Source: Cenococcum geophilum
Taxonomy: Eukaryota
Assembly: GCA_050273025.1 (NCBI GenBank)
Contig: CP158635.1
Span: forward strand, 29,760,001 to 29,824,000
Direction of reading: 5' to 3'
Length of the DNA stretch: 64,000 nt
Positions 24,716-37,997 of this stretch are shown in pieces. Numbering within the stretch: the first letter of the stretch is position 1; every line of letters starts with the position of its first letter. The translations under genes were made by a program, and so were the position numbers. The notes beneath the pieces are model-generated. The model searched no databases, was not told where the DNA came from, and saw only the letters and a program-made list of their open reading frames with translations.

Positions 24716-27700
24716 ATAATAGTGGTCTATCTTTAAATAAAAGTATAGATCTAACCAGTATTGACTTATAAAGACGCTGCGTCTATTAATAATAATAAAG
24801 TGCGGCTAATTTACTTTGAGAAAGTATTTCTTCTTAATTAGGCTGGCGAGCGCTTATATATTAATCGTCTTATTAATAGGAAGTATTAGACATACTTTAA
24901 AAACTTATTAATAAGTATAAAGACTAAATTATATATTTGTCCTTAACTATTTTTAAATAGTAAGAGATTTGTAATAAAGTCTATAGTATAATATTACTAT
25001 AGCTTACTAGTAGGGGGAACTAATTTAAGCAAACCCTATAGCTTATGTCTGCGGATTTTATATACTTAACACTTCTTATAATAGTTAATATACTTCTTTA
25101 CTTCCTACTTAAGCTTTAGCTAATAGTATTTGCGCTAGAGTAATTTTACTATTTTAGTTTAACCAGAGTAGCCGCATAGAGGATTATTATAATTCTTTAT
25201 AGGAATCTTCTATTATAGATTTGCTTCTTATAGCACCTAAACCTTACTATTTCTATATAGTAGGCCCATTAGGTTTAGTTTCCAATTTTAGTACTTTATA
25301 GCTTCTTTTCTATTATATTTCCGGTCTACTTCTATATTAAAGATGGTATAAAAGGCGTCCCTTTATTATACCTTATAGATAAGATCCGTTAGCCTTTTAA
25401 ATAGTTTCTAGGTAAAAGCTGTTTTATTTTATACTACTTTAAGTATAAAACTAGATAGTATTATAGATCTTATAACTTCTTAGTACGTATATATTAGGAA
25501 GGCCGCTATAAGGTTAAAGTCCTTTAGTTATTATAGGGCTCCAAGTTCTAATTGCTTTATAACTTCGCTATTAGTTTAAGGGGATAGCTTAGTAATTAGA
25601 GATAGCATATTATTAGGTTTTAAGAATATATTAAGAACGTCCTATTTAGGTATATTTAGACTAGGTACTAGCTAAAACGTTTGTAAAAACTGATAGGGCT
25701 TGTACTACCTAAGATTTAGTATATAAAGCTATAGGTACTTAAGTGTCCTATACCTAGAGCTTATTCTATAATATAGGGAGTAAGATATTTATTATCTATT
25801 TTCCTTCTCCTGTTTTAAAGCCTTTAGTATAGTCTAGCTATTATAACAGCCTATTAGTAGGGTTACTTTACCCTAGCTTATATTTAATCTTAAAATTAAA
25901 TTATATAAGCTCCTCTACCTATTTAGCTTATTAAGGTATAAGCTCCTTTATAGTTATAAAGTAGTATAGATTATAATAATTTAAAAGTATATAAGTGGTA
26001 TAGCTTACGTATTTAAGGTAATATCGCTATTATTTTGTTGGATCATAAGGTGATATCACGTATCTATAAATATAGGTAGTATAATAGTTGTAAAGCTTAT
26101 TCTGTTTTAAGAAGAAAGGGGGAGGGTAAGGAACTTAAGGTTCCTTACCACGCTAGTGCCGCGGCGACACGTGACAACCGCTTGCCTTTATTCCCAACAC
26201 TGGCAACTCTTCTTTTATAGTTGCCACCTATATACACTTATAAATTGCCACTTATACAAAGATACAAAAACTAAGGAGAAGAAGAAGAAGAAGTAGCGTA
26301 GGTAGATATACGGGTTCGCGCGAAGATGTTAGTTCTACTTACCGCTCTTAGCCAAGCCAATGGCAATTTTCTATCCCGGGGATGGAAAATCCTAATTGGC
26401 TAGCTTAATAAATAGCGTCGGTAGAACTCCACACCACCACCTAAATTAATTAGGCGTGGCGCTCTTAGCAAGAATCTAACTAATTAGATAACTTTAACTA
26501 GCGGTTAAAGTTCTATAAGATCTTAACTTCTCTAAATTTCTCTCTTAACCTAACCTTTAACTTAGATATATAGAGTATTTGTGTTAACAAACGTCTCTAG
26601 TGCCTTATTTAGGTTTGCCTTTATTATTACATCTACTGGGTTATCTTGGCCATTAATCCATTAAATTTTAAAGAGTTCTTAACGCTCGTAAGATTGCTAA
26701 AGTGCCATAATATTAATTATAAGACGCTTCTCCTTTATAGTACTAAGCTTAACTAAACACTTATAGAGGGAATATAAGTTAGTGTATATAATTATAGGAA
26801 TAGCGGGAAGTTTAAGCTAATCTGTAATTATCTTAAGGGTAGTTCCAATTATAATTGCTATATTAACTCCGCTAACTATTCCATATATCTCTAACGCTAG
26901 AACACTTTAAGTAACGCGCTTACTTTTAGTTAAGCTCTAATAGATAAGATTACTATAGATCGTGAAGTTATTCTCTCTAGTAGATTTATTTATGATAATA
27001 ATCTTATATCCTAGCTAGGAGCTAAAATCTTTATTGTTTATAAACGATCTATTAACAAATACGAAGAGCTTAGCGGTAGGAAGATTAATAGGTATATAGA
27101 GTAGTCCCTAATTAAGGTAGTTTATTTACTAGAAAAGGCGCTTATTTAGGGCAATAACGTTATCCTTAGTTAGTTCCTAGTATTAAGCGGTAATAGAGAG
27201 ATTAAATAAAGCCTCGGGTTAATAGATAAAAGTAACATAAGCCCTATAAGCGCATTACTCCACGTATCCTTACTTTAGAGAATTAATATTAATAATATCA
27301 ATCTTCTTGCCTTAACCCTTCTAGCGTAAAGCAATAGAATTCTTATTTAGGGAGAGGATACATCCATTAAAAAGTAGTGGTGTTGTTAAATTAAGCTTTT
27401 CCTTTAGCTTTGCTATAAGATTTGCCTTTACTAGCTTAGCTTCTTTAAGAGCTAAGAATTGGTTGTCTCCTAAGATAATTATATTATTAGTTTATATACC
27501 AACAATTCTAAATAAAGTTCCCGTAGTTATAATAAGGAAGCATAGGTTAAATATAGAAGTAGTTATTAAAAGCTTCTCTTTATAGTACTTGCTATAGGTA
27601 GCCCACTAATAGGTTCCTGCCTCTGTAATTCTATATAGTGGCTTAAGCACAACCATGATTGTATCTTCGGGATATTAGTAGCGAATTTGCTCTAAAAGGT

Positions 27701-29330
27701 ATGCCAGTATTAAGCGCTAAAGGCGCGTCTCTAATTAGGTATAGGCCTAAGTAATATCTTATAAATAAACTACTATTCCGTTCTTTATTAAGGAGGGAGC
27801 TAGTGCGATAATAACTTATTAACTCGCTCGTTAAATTATAGGAGATTATATAAGAATCGTCTCCTTACTATTATTGTTATAGCCCTAGATAATAAGCCTT
27901 AATTTCTTAAATAGGGCATTAGTAGCTTTGCCCTTAATCTTATTAACCATTCTTAACTTAAAGATATGGACTCTATTAAGCTTAGTAGGGTTATACTTCT
28001 TAAATTTAAAAACTCCTCTTATAATAAGACCGTTGATCTCCTGCTTGTTAGATGCTTAGAAAGGAGCTCTTAGAGTTATAATACAACCTTCTTTTTAAAG
28101 CTGTTTTGCGAGCTTAAAGTTAGCCTTCTTTTTAGCTGTTATAAAGGCTATTAACAACTTAACTCTATTCTTAATGGCGGCAATAAATTACTCTTTAAAA
28201 TTAACGAGGTGTTAGTAATTTTATAATCCTTTTAGGCGACCTCTACCGTATTATAGTTGCGGTATATCTGCTACAACTATATTAGAATTATAGTCTCCTT
28301 CTAGAGCATGTTAATCGTAGTTCTCCTCTAGGGTATTCTCTAGGGTATCCTTTAGGGCATCCTATAAAGGCTCAGAACTATTATTCCTATAGTAGGGCTT
28401 AATAACGGTTAAATGGAATTAAGTAGGTCTATGGGATATCTAAAGAGTATAAGTTTAACTATTAATTATAATAAGTTTATATGGGCCTAACCATCCTCCC
28501 TTTTTACGCTATACCCGTACTTTAGATTAAAGTGGCAGATTAAGCGTAGTTAAGGTATTTAGGCCATTTCTCATTCCTAGTACGTTATTAACCTAGCGCG
28601 TAGCGTATAGATGTTATACCTCCTTTATTGCTTTATAAATAGCCTTAGCTCATTATACAATAGAGGGAGATAGTGGAGAATTGTTAGTTATTTAAGGGTA
28701 GGCGCTAAAGACTAGCAATATGGGTACGAGCCTATCTGGGCCAGCGGAATTATTAACGGCCTTAACAGCCATCTATAAGATAATTTCTTCGCTAGCATCC
28801 TCTAGTTCTAAAGAAATAATCTTATATGCTTAGCGCAATGGCGTATAATATTGCTCTACTTTTCTAATACTGTTATATGCCTTAATAGGGACTTCCTTAA
28901 CCTTAATTGCCATTACTTTTACCTATTATTAAAACTCCGTAGATAAGAAGTTCTTTCCTACGTCGTAAATAATTCAATTAGGGAGTCCTAGTGTTAGGCC
29001 ATAGAGACGCACTGGCTGTAACCGGCTTAGCGCAGGCGAAGCGCAGGCGAGGCGCCTATAAAACGTAGTCACCCCACATTAGAGAACAGCAGAATTTAGT
29101 TCTATAGTTCTACTTTATTAAGAACCAGATACTCTTTACATCCCGCTACTATTATTACGTTACTACATGCCCTAAGAACCTTAGCGTCCTAACAGTACTA
29201 AATTCTCATCCCTTTTTAGGGGTAGTGGCCCAACAACATAGCGGTCTGCTAAGGCCACGACTATATAGCGGCAACCCTCTATCAAGAAGACGACCTATAT
29301 TTATTAACTATATCGCAGCCTATCGACCTA

Positions 29331-32300
29331 ATGGCAAGACGAGGGCGTACTAGCGCAGTGCGTACTACCGAGCCTGGGGATCGGCCCTAGGATAACATAG
29401 GCGAACCCATATCGTTCCAGACAGAACCAAAAGCTACGGACGAAGGGGATATACAGGAAGAAATACAACGGCTAGAAAACAAGAAGCTATAACTCCTAGA
29501 GCAAAGAAAACTACACTTGCTTAGGGAAGAGGTAGAAGTGCTAAGACGGCGTTAACGTGGCGAGGCGACGTCGACTTCTGTTCCTGACCCAGATCTACAA
29601 CCTTAAACTATCCTATTAGAGTACTTAAATAATAGTTAAATGCGTCTAAACCTTAAGCGGAAGGCTACTAATATAATAGGCGCTCCGTTAAAACAGGCCG
29701 TTAAAATAGAGAAGATTGCTCTATATTATGGTAAGACTATATAAGAGCACCAAGACTTCCGCGATAGCTTAAAGTTAGCGTTCCGCCTAAAGTACGACGG
29801 CTTCGCGGATAAGGATACTAAAGTCGCGTTTACTATATAATATATAAAGGGGACTAACCGAACCCTTTGGCTGCAGTATAAAGATAACTACTTAAATACG
29901 CAGTTTACCTAGGAGGAGCTAATAGAATTCCTAATTAACTAAATTAAAAGTCCTATTAATCGAGAACTCTATATAGCCCTAATATATATAAGGGCAATAT
30001 AATAAACCGATTAACCTATAAACGAGTTTGCTGCTTACCTAACCTCCTTAAAAGCATAAATTAATTCTCCCTATAATATAAAGCATCTAATAATACACCT
30101 ATTTGCGAAGCTATGGCTAGAGCTACGGCTTACGGTTACCAACTATTAGGAGTTTTTATAAATTTAAGATTAGCTAGTTTCCCTAGCTGCCCTATTAGAG
30201 GAAAACTAGAAGAGCATAAGCGCCCTATAGGCTAGAAGTAATAGGCGCGCCGCAAACTTAAATATAAAGACCACCCTATTAGGTAACTTAGGGAAAGCGG
30301 ACTCTAAAACCACCGCCAGCAACGCAATAGCGGGGCGAAGTAGTACTACTGGGGGTTTAACCCAACCTAAGGGGAACTGCAAAAATTGTGGCAAGCTAGG
30401 ACATTAGTGGCGACAGTGCCTAAAGCTACAACAGTACCAGCCGCAGTTAAGCAGCATAAACGCTATCTTAATGCTAGGAAAAGGCAGGCGCCCTCGGAGC
30501 CCCTTACACCCATAGGGCGCAAGCTACCACTAAATCGTAAGGAAGCTATTACTATTTTAGAAGAAGTCCTATCTAAGCAAACCTAGAAGGAGACCTTAGT
30601 AATGCTTAATCTCGGCGCTGAAGTAAATGTAATTAATTAGTAATTCGCAATGGAGTATAACTTTAAAATACTAGACATAGAATTGCTTACCTACTCCTAG
30701 TTAAATAAAACTTAGGTATATTGCTATAAAGCCTATAAGGTACTATTAAGGATAAAGGACAGCTAGGGCAGGATAAAGGAAGTAACCCTTATCTGCTATA
30801 GAATGGCTAACGTATCCCCTACTGTTACCCTAGGTATACCAGGGTTAAAGAAGGCCTAACTTCTTATTAACTGTAAGGCAAAGGTATGGCGATGGAAGCT
30901 AGATAGCTCGTCCCTATTGCTATAAACCCCTAAGGGTTTTACGGAGTCTCTCTAGAGGGAATCTAAGGTCTTTACCCTAGTAATTACTAGATTAATGCCT
31001 AGCAAACAAAATAACGGCAGCTTGCTGGTCCTTCCCCCATAGTTAAAAGAAGCTAGCGATGTCTTCTTATATAAGGAAGCAGGAAAGCTACCCCAATACC
31101 ACTAGGGCAACTATGCTATTAACCTGGAAGAGGGACAAGAGGTCCCGTATAGGCCGCTCTATAACCTCTTAGTTAAGGAGCTAGAGGTACTAAGGGAGTA
31201 CTTAGATAACGCCTTAGCTAAAGGCTAAATCCAACCAAGTACTAGTCCCATAGGGGCACCTATCCTATTTATACCTAAAAAAGATAGGAAGCTGCGGCTC
31301 TGTATAGACTATAAAGGCCTTAATAAGGTAACGATTAAGAATCGTCTTATACTACTATTAATTAGTAAGACCTTGGACCGCTTAGTAGGTTCTAAGATCT
31401 TTACTAAGTTGGACCTAACGAATGCGTATTACCGCCTTCATATCCATTGGGGCGACGAGTAAAAGACGGCATTCCGCACGCGTTACGGCCACTTTAAGTA
31501 TTTAGTTTTGCCTTTTAGGCTAACTAATAGACTAGCGACCTTTTAGGGCTATATTAATTGGGCCTTATTAGGACTAGTAGACGTCTTCTATATGGTCTAT
31601 CTTAATAATATTCTAATTTTCTCTAAAAATCTAGGGGAACACTAGCGCTACGTACTAGAAGTGCTACGTAGGTTGCGGCAATATTAACTGTATACAAACC
31701 TTAAGAAGTGCAGGTTTAACGTACAAGAGGTTAAGTTCCTAAGATACATTATTAGTCCTAAAGGCGTAGCAATAGATCCTAGCCGGGTAGAAGCCATTAC
31801 TAAGTAGGAGAGCCCTTAATCCTATAGGGATGTCTAGGTCTTCCTAGGTTTTGCCAACTTCTATTACCGGTTTATTTATAAGTACTCTGCTATTGCGAAG
31901 CCTATTACTAATCTCCTTAAGGGAGTAAAGAACAGCCGTAAAGCTAGGCCTTTTAGTTAGCCCGAAAAGGCGGAGCAGGCGATACGCCGGCTCTGCGACG
32001 CCTTTACGACGGCGCTGCTTCTATAACACTATACGCCAGGCTTACTAACCCGATTAGAGACTAATACCTCTATATAAGGCCTAGCAGCAATTATATTACA
32101 GCTGTTTAAAAATAATCTTTAGCATCCAATAGCCTTCTAGTCTAGAAAGCTTTCGCCAGTAAAGCGCAATTATAAGACCTATGATTAGGAGCTACTAGCT
32201 ATCGTAGAGGCTTTTAAGTATTAGAGACACTATATTAAGGGGCTATTAAGCTGCCTAAAAGTGCTTACAGACCATAATAATCTAAAGGGTTTTATAAAAG

Positions 32301-34204
32301 TAAAAGCCCTTAATAGACGGTAAGCCAGATGGGCTATAGCATTAGCTGCCTATGACTTTGTTATTAAGTATAGGGCGGGAAAAATAAACCCCGCAGACGC
32401 GCTGTTAAGGCAACCCCTAGGCGCAAGGGGTCCGCCAGAAGAAGACATTATGCTACTATTGCTCTAAAGGACTTTAGAAATATAGGGCCACCAACCTAAG
32501 GTAAAAGTCCTATTAGGTGTATAAGAAAACGAGCCTTCTATAGAGGTGTCGTTTTTATGGCTATAAGCCAGCAACCTAACGGCGGTACGCCTAGGCTATA
32601 TAGCATTATAGTTTAACTAGGTAACCTATATGTATACCATTAAGTAGCGTGTAACGAGGACCTAAGTTAAAGAAGCTAGTACTTAAGAGAGTGCTTATAA
32701 GTCTAGTACGGAAATAGTTATTAAGCTTATTAAAGGACTTTAGACTAAAGATAACTTTATGCTATAAAAGCGCAGCGACAGCATAGATACTGCGAGACGC
32801 CGTTAACACGCCCGCTCAAAGCCAGTATAGCAGTTTAATTCCGCTAGACTACTTTATTACCGCGGGAGGCTATATATGCCCCTAGACCTAGCAGTTCATG
32901 CAGAACTCCTATAGATCTACTATAATAATACCCTAGCTGGGCACTTTAGTAAGAAAAAAACTCTAGATCTACTCTTGCGTAAGTACTACTAGCCTAGTAT
33001 AAATACGGATATTATGAACTATATCTCTACCTATAATTTATACCAACGTATGCGTGCGCCTTAATATTACCCTTATAGCGAGCTTTAAGCGCTGCCTTGC
33101 CTGGACTAGCCGTGGTAGAAGATTATAATGGACTTTATTACAGGCCTACCGCCTAGTAAATGAGGCAATAAGGTATATAACGCAATATGTGTAATAGTTA
33201 ACCGCTATACTAAAATAGCCTTATATTTACCTATAGTAAAAACTATTACTATAACCGAACTCGCGGATCTCTTTCTTAATAAAGTAGTACGCCGTTTTGG
33301 AGCCCCTAGGGGGATTATGTCTAATCGCGGCAGTATCTTCACTAGTAAGTTCTGGTTGGAGCTATACTTTACTATAAAGATAAAACGTAGGCTAAATACG
33401 GCCTTTTACCCGCAAATGGACGGGTAAATAGAACGCCAGAACTAAACCCTAGAGTATTACCTCCGTATGTTCTATAACAAAAAGCAAAGTAACTAGGTAG
33501 GCCTTTTATTACTAGCCGAATTCGCCTATAATAATGCTGAATATAGTATAACAGGTATAAGCCCGTTCTATGCCTGCTACGGGTTTTACCCGCGTCTAGA
33601 ATACGAGGTTAAGGCAGACGATAGTAGTTCTATTCCAGCCGCCTCTAAGAGAATTAAAAGGATATCCCTTAAACGCGAAGCGCTGGCGAAACGCTAGGAA
33701 CACGCTGCTAAGGCGCAGGCGAAATACTACAATCGTTATTACTAACTATAGGCATACAAAGTAGGGGATTTAGTCTTGCTATTAACTAAGAACCTTAAAC
33801 TAAAAAGGCCTAGTAAGAAACTCACAGCATGCTTTATTGGACCTTTTAGTATAGCCGAACCAGTTAGAAAGTAAGTATACCGACTATATCTACCTACGTC
33901 TTACCGTATCCACCTAATGTTCTATATTAGCTTACTAGAGCCATATAAACAACATAAGGGCACTACTAAAGACCCTCTACTAGGGCCTATTAAGCTAGAC
34001 GATTAAGTGGACTAAGAGGACTAATATAAGGTAGAAGAAGTACGTGGAAAGAAGGGACGTAACCAGACCCTACAGTACCTGGTTAAGTGGAAAGGCTAGC
34101 CAGAAAAATATAACAAATAGGTCCCAGCAGAGGACATTAATAAGAACGTAAAGGAGATGTATAATAGTTACTTTACCCTAAGGGGCAAACGGAAAAGAAA
34201 GTAG
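29331..34204 (+). pseudogene. G3 gag and pol, RIP stops
   Basis: Gag ATG at 29331. Zn knuckle CKNCGKLGH at ~30378. RT KTAFRTRYGHF at ~31465 and VYLNNILIF at ~31595. Integrase TAFYPQMDG*IERQN at ~33400. Chromodomain YLVKWKG at ~34078. Confidence 0.93.
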
Positions 34205-34249
34205 GTAGGAGAATAAAAAACTTTTAATTATAACTAAGGTTACGCCCTA

Positions 34250-35125
34250 TTAATGGGGTAATAACGGAACGACAGCGGAGTAACGGGAGTACGCTAATAG
34301 AAATACAGATACTCTACAGCTCCAATAAATCCTCCCTCTCCTCCCCTCCTTCCTCTTCCTCCTCCTCTCCCCCCTTATCCTCCTCCTCCTCTCCCTCCTC
34401 CTCATCCTCCTCACCCTCCTCCTTATCCTCCTCACCCTTATCCTCCTCCTTATCCCTTATAATGGGAGGCATATTGGCCTACAAGTACTATTAGCATACG
34501 CTATAACGGCGAAACACCTATGCTATAACACGTACTAAAGCGCGCATTACGTTAAGAATTCCTTCAAGAGTACGACGGATAGTCTATAATTCCTGCACTT
34601 AGAGTAAGGGAAAGTCTTCGCCCTTTAGGCGCTAGCGGAGACCGTGCTTAGCGCCAGTGCATACTAAGGCCTTAATATCCTTTATAAAGGACTTCTAGAC
34701 GGCAGCAACGCGAGCATTAAGGTCAGCCGTGTCTCCGCTAGTAACCCGCCGGCACTTAGCCCTGTTAATAAGGGCGAGCAGCTTATTCAGGCGGCTATAA
34801 AAGGCCTTAGGGACCTAGTCTATTAGCTATCAGAACCTAAACTAACGCACTTAGACTTACTAGTTGGCACAATTTATTTAGTCGTCGGCAGTACCTATAA
34901 TTGCGGTTAGCCTGCTTGCCGTAGGTGGCCCACCCAGCAGTGGCTATGCGCTTGGCGCAGTGGAGGCAAATTAGTTTAAGCAAGGCTAGGGGAGCACCTT
35001 ATAAGCGACAAGGAAGCTTAGACGGCGTCTAGTAGGGTTAGCGACAGCTATAAGCTAGTATAAAGAATACTTACGGAAGGCTCGCCAACAGGCAGACCGG
35101 CGGCGCTACGCTTACAATTTATAAT
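34250..35125 (-). pseudogene. Antisense intron-containing Zn2Cys6-like ORF relic in the G3 3' region, with an acidic tail
   Basis: Reading CLHCAKRIATAGWAT(Y>C)GKQANRN(Y>C)RYCRRLNKLC at ~34968-34867. Three GTAAGT/GTACGT..GCTAA..AG introns. GAG-rich E/D tail at 34330-34460. Confidence 0.65.
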
Positions 35126-37734
35126 TAATTAGAAGGTAAGAAGACGGCAAGTCGCAGGCTAAACGAATTAAAATTAAATAAGAAGGGAAATCTAGTGTCC
35201 TACCTTAGTAGGAACTCCTACCTTTATAGATCTCTATAAGGTCCTATTGTTACATTATCCTATTATTACATTATCCTATCGTTATATTATCTAATTCACT
35301 TAAATTTGTTAAAAACTTTTTATTTAGAGAAGGGCAATAATAGCACTCCTATTGTATAATAGCGTCGGCTAAGGACAGCCGCTTAAGAAGGGGGGGGGCA
35401 ATTGTTAGGCTATAGAGACGCACTGGCCGTAACTAGCTTAGCGCAGGCGAAGCGCAGGCGAGGCGCCTACAAAACGTAGTCGCCCCGCATCAAAGAACAG
35501 CAGAATTCAGTTCTATAGTTCTACTTCATTAAGAACCAGATACTCTTTATATCCCGCTACTGTTGTTACATTACTACATGCCCTAAGGACCTTGGCGTCC
35601 TAACACCTAGGTAGATATTAATTTAGTATAACTAAAGGATATCCTATGCGTTTCTATCTAATATATCCCTTAAGAAACGTGCGGCTTAGAAGAAGGTTAA
35701 TAAGTTAACAGCTTAGAGGACTGGCTTGCCGTTAAGATATATAATATTAATAATAATATAGAAGTTAAAGTTATAGTTATCTTTAAGGGTGAACTTAAAT
35801 CGGCTAGGGGACTTCTAGTTTATTTAGTAGTAATAGCAGTACTTTATAAGATACTTAATTACCTTAACCTTAACTTTATAACCTACTCGCTAAAGAACCC
35901 TAAGCAGTTAGTAAATAAATGGGTGGCTAAAATGACGGTATAGTTAATATAGCTCTAACTTAGTTAAGTAACTTTAAGCAACGCTCCTTTCTAGTTATTA
36001 GAGGAGTAACTAAGGGTAACCCTACTTGCGTATAACGGGCACCCGATTATCTCCCTAAATAAGTATATTCTTAAGGTTATTAAGCTTAACGCCTAATTTA
36101 TCTATATTTTGGATATAGAATAGGAATAGGGTATTCGCGGGAATAATATAGAAGGTAATACATCCTAATAGGGTTTAGACTTTAATTGTGCCGAGAGAGA
36201 TTATAGTACCCTTACTAAAGCGAATTATATATTGGCCTGCCGTTAATTGGTTAATTTAAACAGAGCTATTAAGCTACTAAAAAGCTCGAACTTAAGGTTC
36301 TCCTACTATAGATACTCCTGCGGCTCTAGTATTTGGTATAATACTATAGAAGACGTTCGCCAAGTATCTATTATTAAAGGAGAACGCGGAACTTTTCTTT
36401 AGCTTATTAAAGATATCTAACTTTATAACAGAATGGAATGTAGATTGGTTATTAAGGATAGCGACGGTTTATATGCTATTTACCTTACTATACTTAGTAA
36501 AGTATTAGTTGGGAGAGTAGTCCTCAATGTCTATATCTATAAGGAGCTGTTCGGCCTCATTAACCTTATCCTTAAGGTCTTCTATGCCTTTATATTAGAC
36601 TAAAAAGCTTTAGAAGTAAGCCGTAGTAACCTTATAATTTCTGACGTTTCTTACACTCTGTCGGAACTTATTATATGCCTCCTTTTACTTATTAAGAGAG
36701 TGTCTATTTAACTAGCAATTTGGCTTCTTATAAATGTAGCACTTCTTCTAACAGTTGTTCCGAAATGAACCTCCACAAGGACCTCTATAATTGCTTTATG
36801 GTTGACGTTAATCGTACCCTCTGCCGTATTCTAATTCCCCGCTGAACTTCTTCTCCTAATCTTGCTGTGGCAGGGTTTAGAGGTTATTAGATCTTAAAGC
36901 AAGGGGATCTTGCGCTTGCTTACGTTGCGGGGGTTATTGCGGAGGTTACTGCGGATGTTGCCGCGGAGGTTACTGCGGATATTGCTGCGGAGGTTGTTAC
37001 GGAGCTTGAGGCACAGGTTGAGATACGGCAGCTTAAGGCACTTGAGGTGTTTAATAGCCTAAGGTTATCTATAGTGGTTGCTGCGGAGATTGCTGCGGAG
37101 GTTGTTGCGGATATTGCTGCGGAGGTTGTAGTTGCTGTAGAGGTTGCTTCGGAGCTTATTACGGAGCTTGTTGCGGAGCTTAAGGCACGGGTTAAGATAC
37201 GGCAGCTTAAGGAATTTAAGGTATTTGATAGCCTGAGGTTATCTATAGTGGTGCTTATAGCTGTCCGTTATTAGGATTCCCTTAAAAGTTAAACTTCTTT
37301 TGGTGCTCAATCTCTTGTAGAGTCTATTTGTGTTTTTTTTTTGCGTTAAGAACTTACTTCTGAATATTGTTTCCAATATTACCCCCATCTATAGGGACAA
37401 ATACTCCTTTCTTCTAAAGGAAGTCTCGAAAATCTTAAATAATATAAATATTACCAAGTGCCTAAGTGTTGGCAGTCCATCCTATAAAATCCTCCCTAAA
37501 ATATTCCCACAGCTGTGAATTGGCGTAGTATCTACTTCGGTAAAATAGAATACGGTATAGGAGAAAGCCGTTAACTTGTTTTGCGGTATAAGTTATTATA
37601 TTAATAGTAAATTCGTCCTAATTTCGTTAATAAGTTTCGCGTACGTAGCTACCCCTAGTAGTAAGGAGTCTTTCTAGTTATTTAAGGTAGGCGTAGCCAT
37701 GTTTTCGGAGGGAGGGAAGTGTTATTGGTGTAGG

Positions 37735-37997
37735 GATTGTCGTTTGGTACGCGTTTGTGATGTGTATTTATCGTTTAGTACGCGTTTGTCGTTTGGTACG
37801 CGTTTAGACGTATATTTGCGATTATGGGGCTTAGGACTAGTTCTGGCCTTAAATCGCGAAGACTTATAAAGCGTGTTGTTCTGCGTAATAGACGTAAGAA
37901 TCTGTAATCTGGGGAAGGCTTAGGACTAGTTCTGGCCTTTAAATCCTTGGATTCGTGGAAGAGTTCTATTTAAGGTTTAGGACTAGTTCTAACCTTA
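37735..37997. repeat. Short direct repeats in the C2 5' leader
   Basis: CGTTTGGTACGCGTTT x3 and TTAGGACTAGTTCTGGCCTT x3. Confidence 0.8.

Larger units (their letters stand above)
28992..35605 (+). mobile_element. Ty3/gypsy chromovirus G3, full length (6614 bp), RIPed
   Basis: 203-bp TG...CA LTRs at 28992-29194 and 35403-35605. TSD CCTAG. PPT AAGAAGGGGGGGGG at ~35385-35398. Confidence 0.97.
26530..37700 (-). pseudogene. Copia C2 polyprotein, interrupted in the integrase by G3
   Basis: ATG at 37700. Gag has a duplicated P/Q-rich block (~36930-37260). Integrase segments lie on both sides of G3, then RT and RNase H. Confidence 0.8.

Noticed and set aside
26385..26430. Hammerhead ribozyme core (CTTAATAA as RIPed CCTGATGA)
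   Set aside because: Not conserved in the homologous G1 copy, and the stems and GAAA are not in hammerhead order.
34250..34435. Arg-rich 61-aa ORF
   Set aside because: Alternative frame of the (GAG)n tract; the E/D-rich frame fits the spliced antisense relic better.
37047..37274. Ala/Val/Glu-rich ORF
   Set aside because: Antisense reading of the repetitive gag segment of copia C2.
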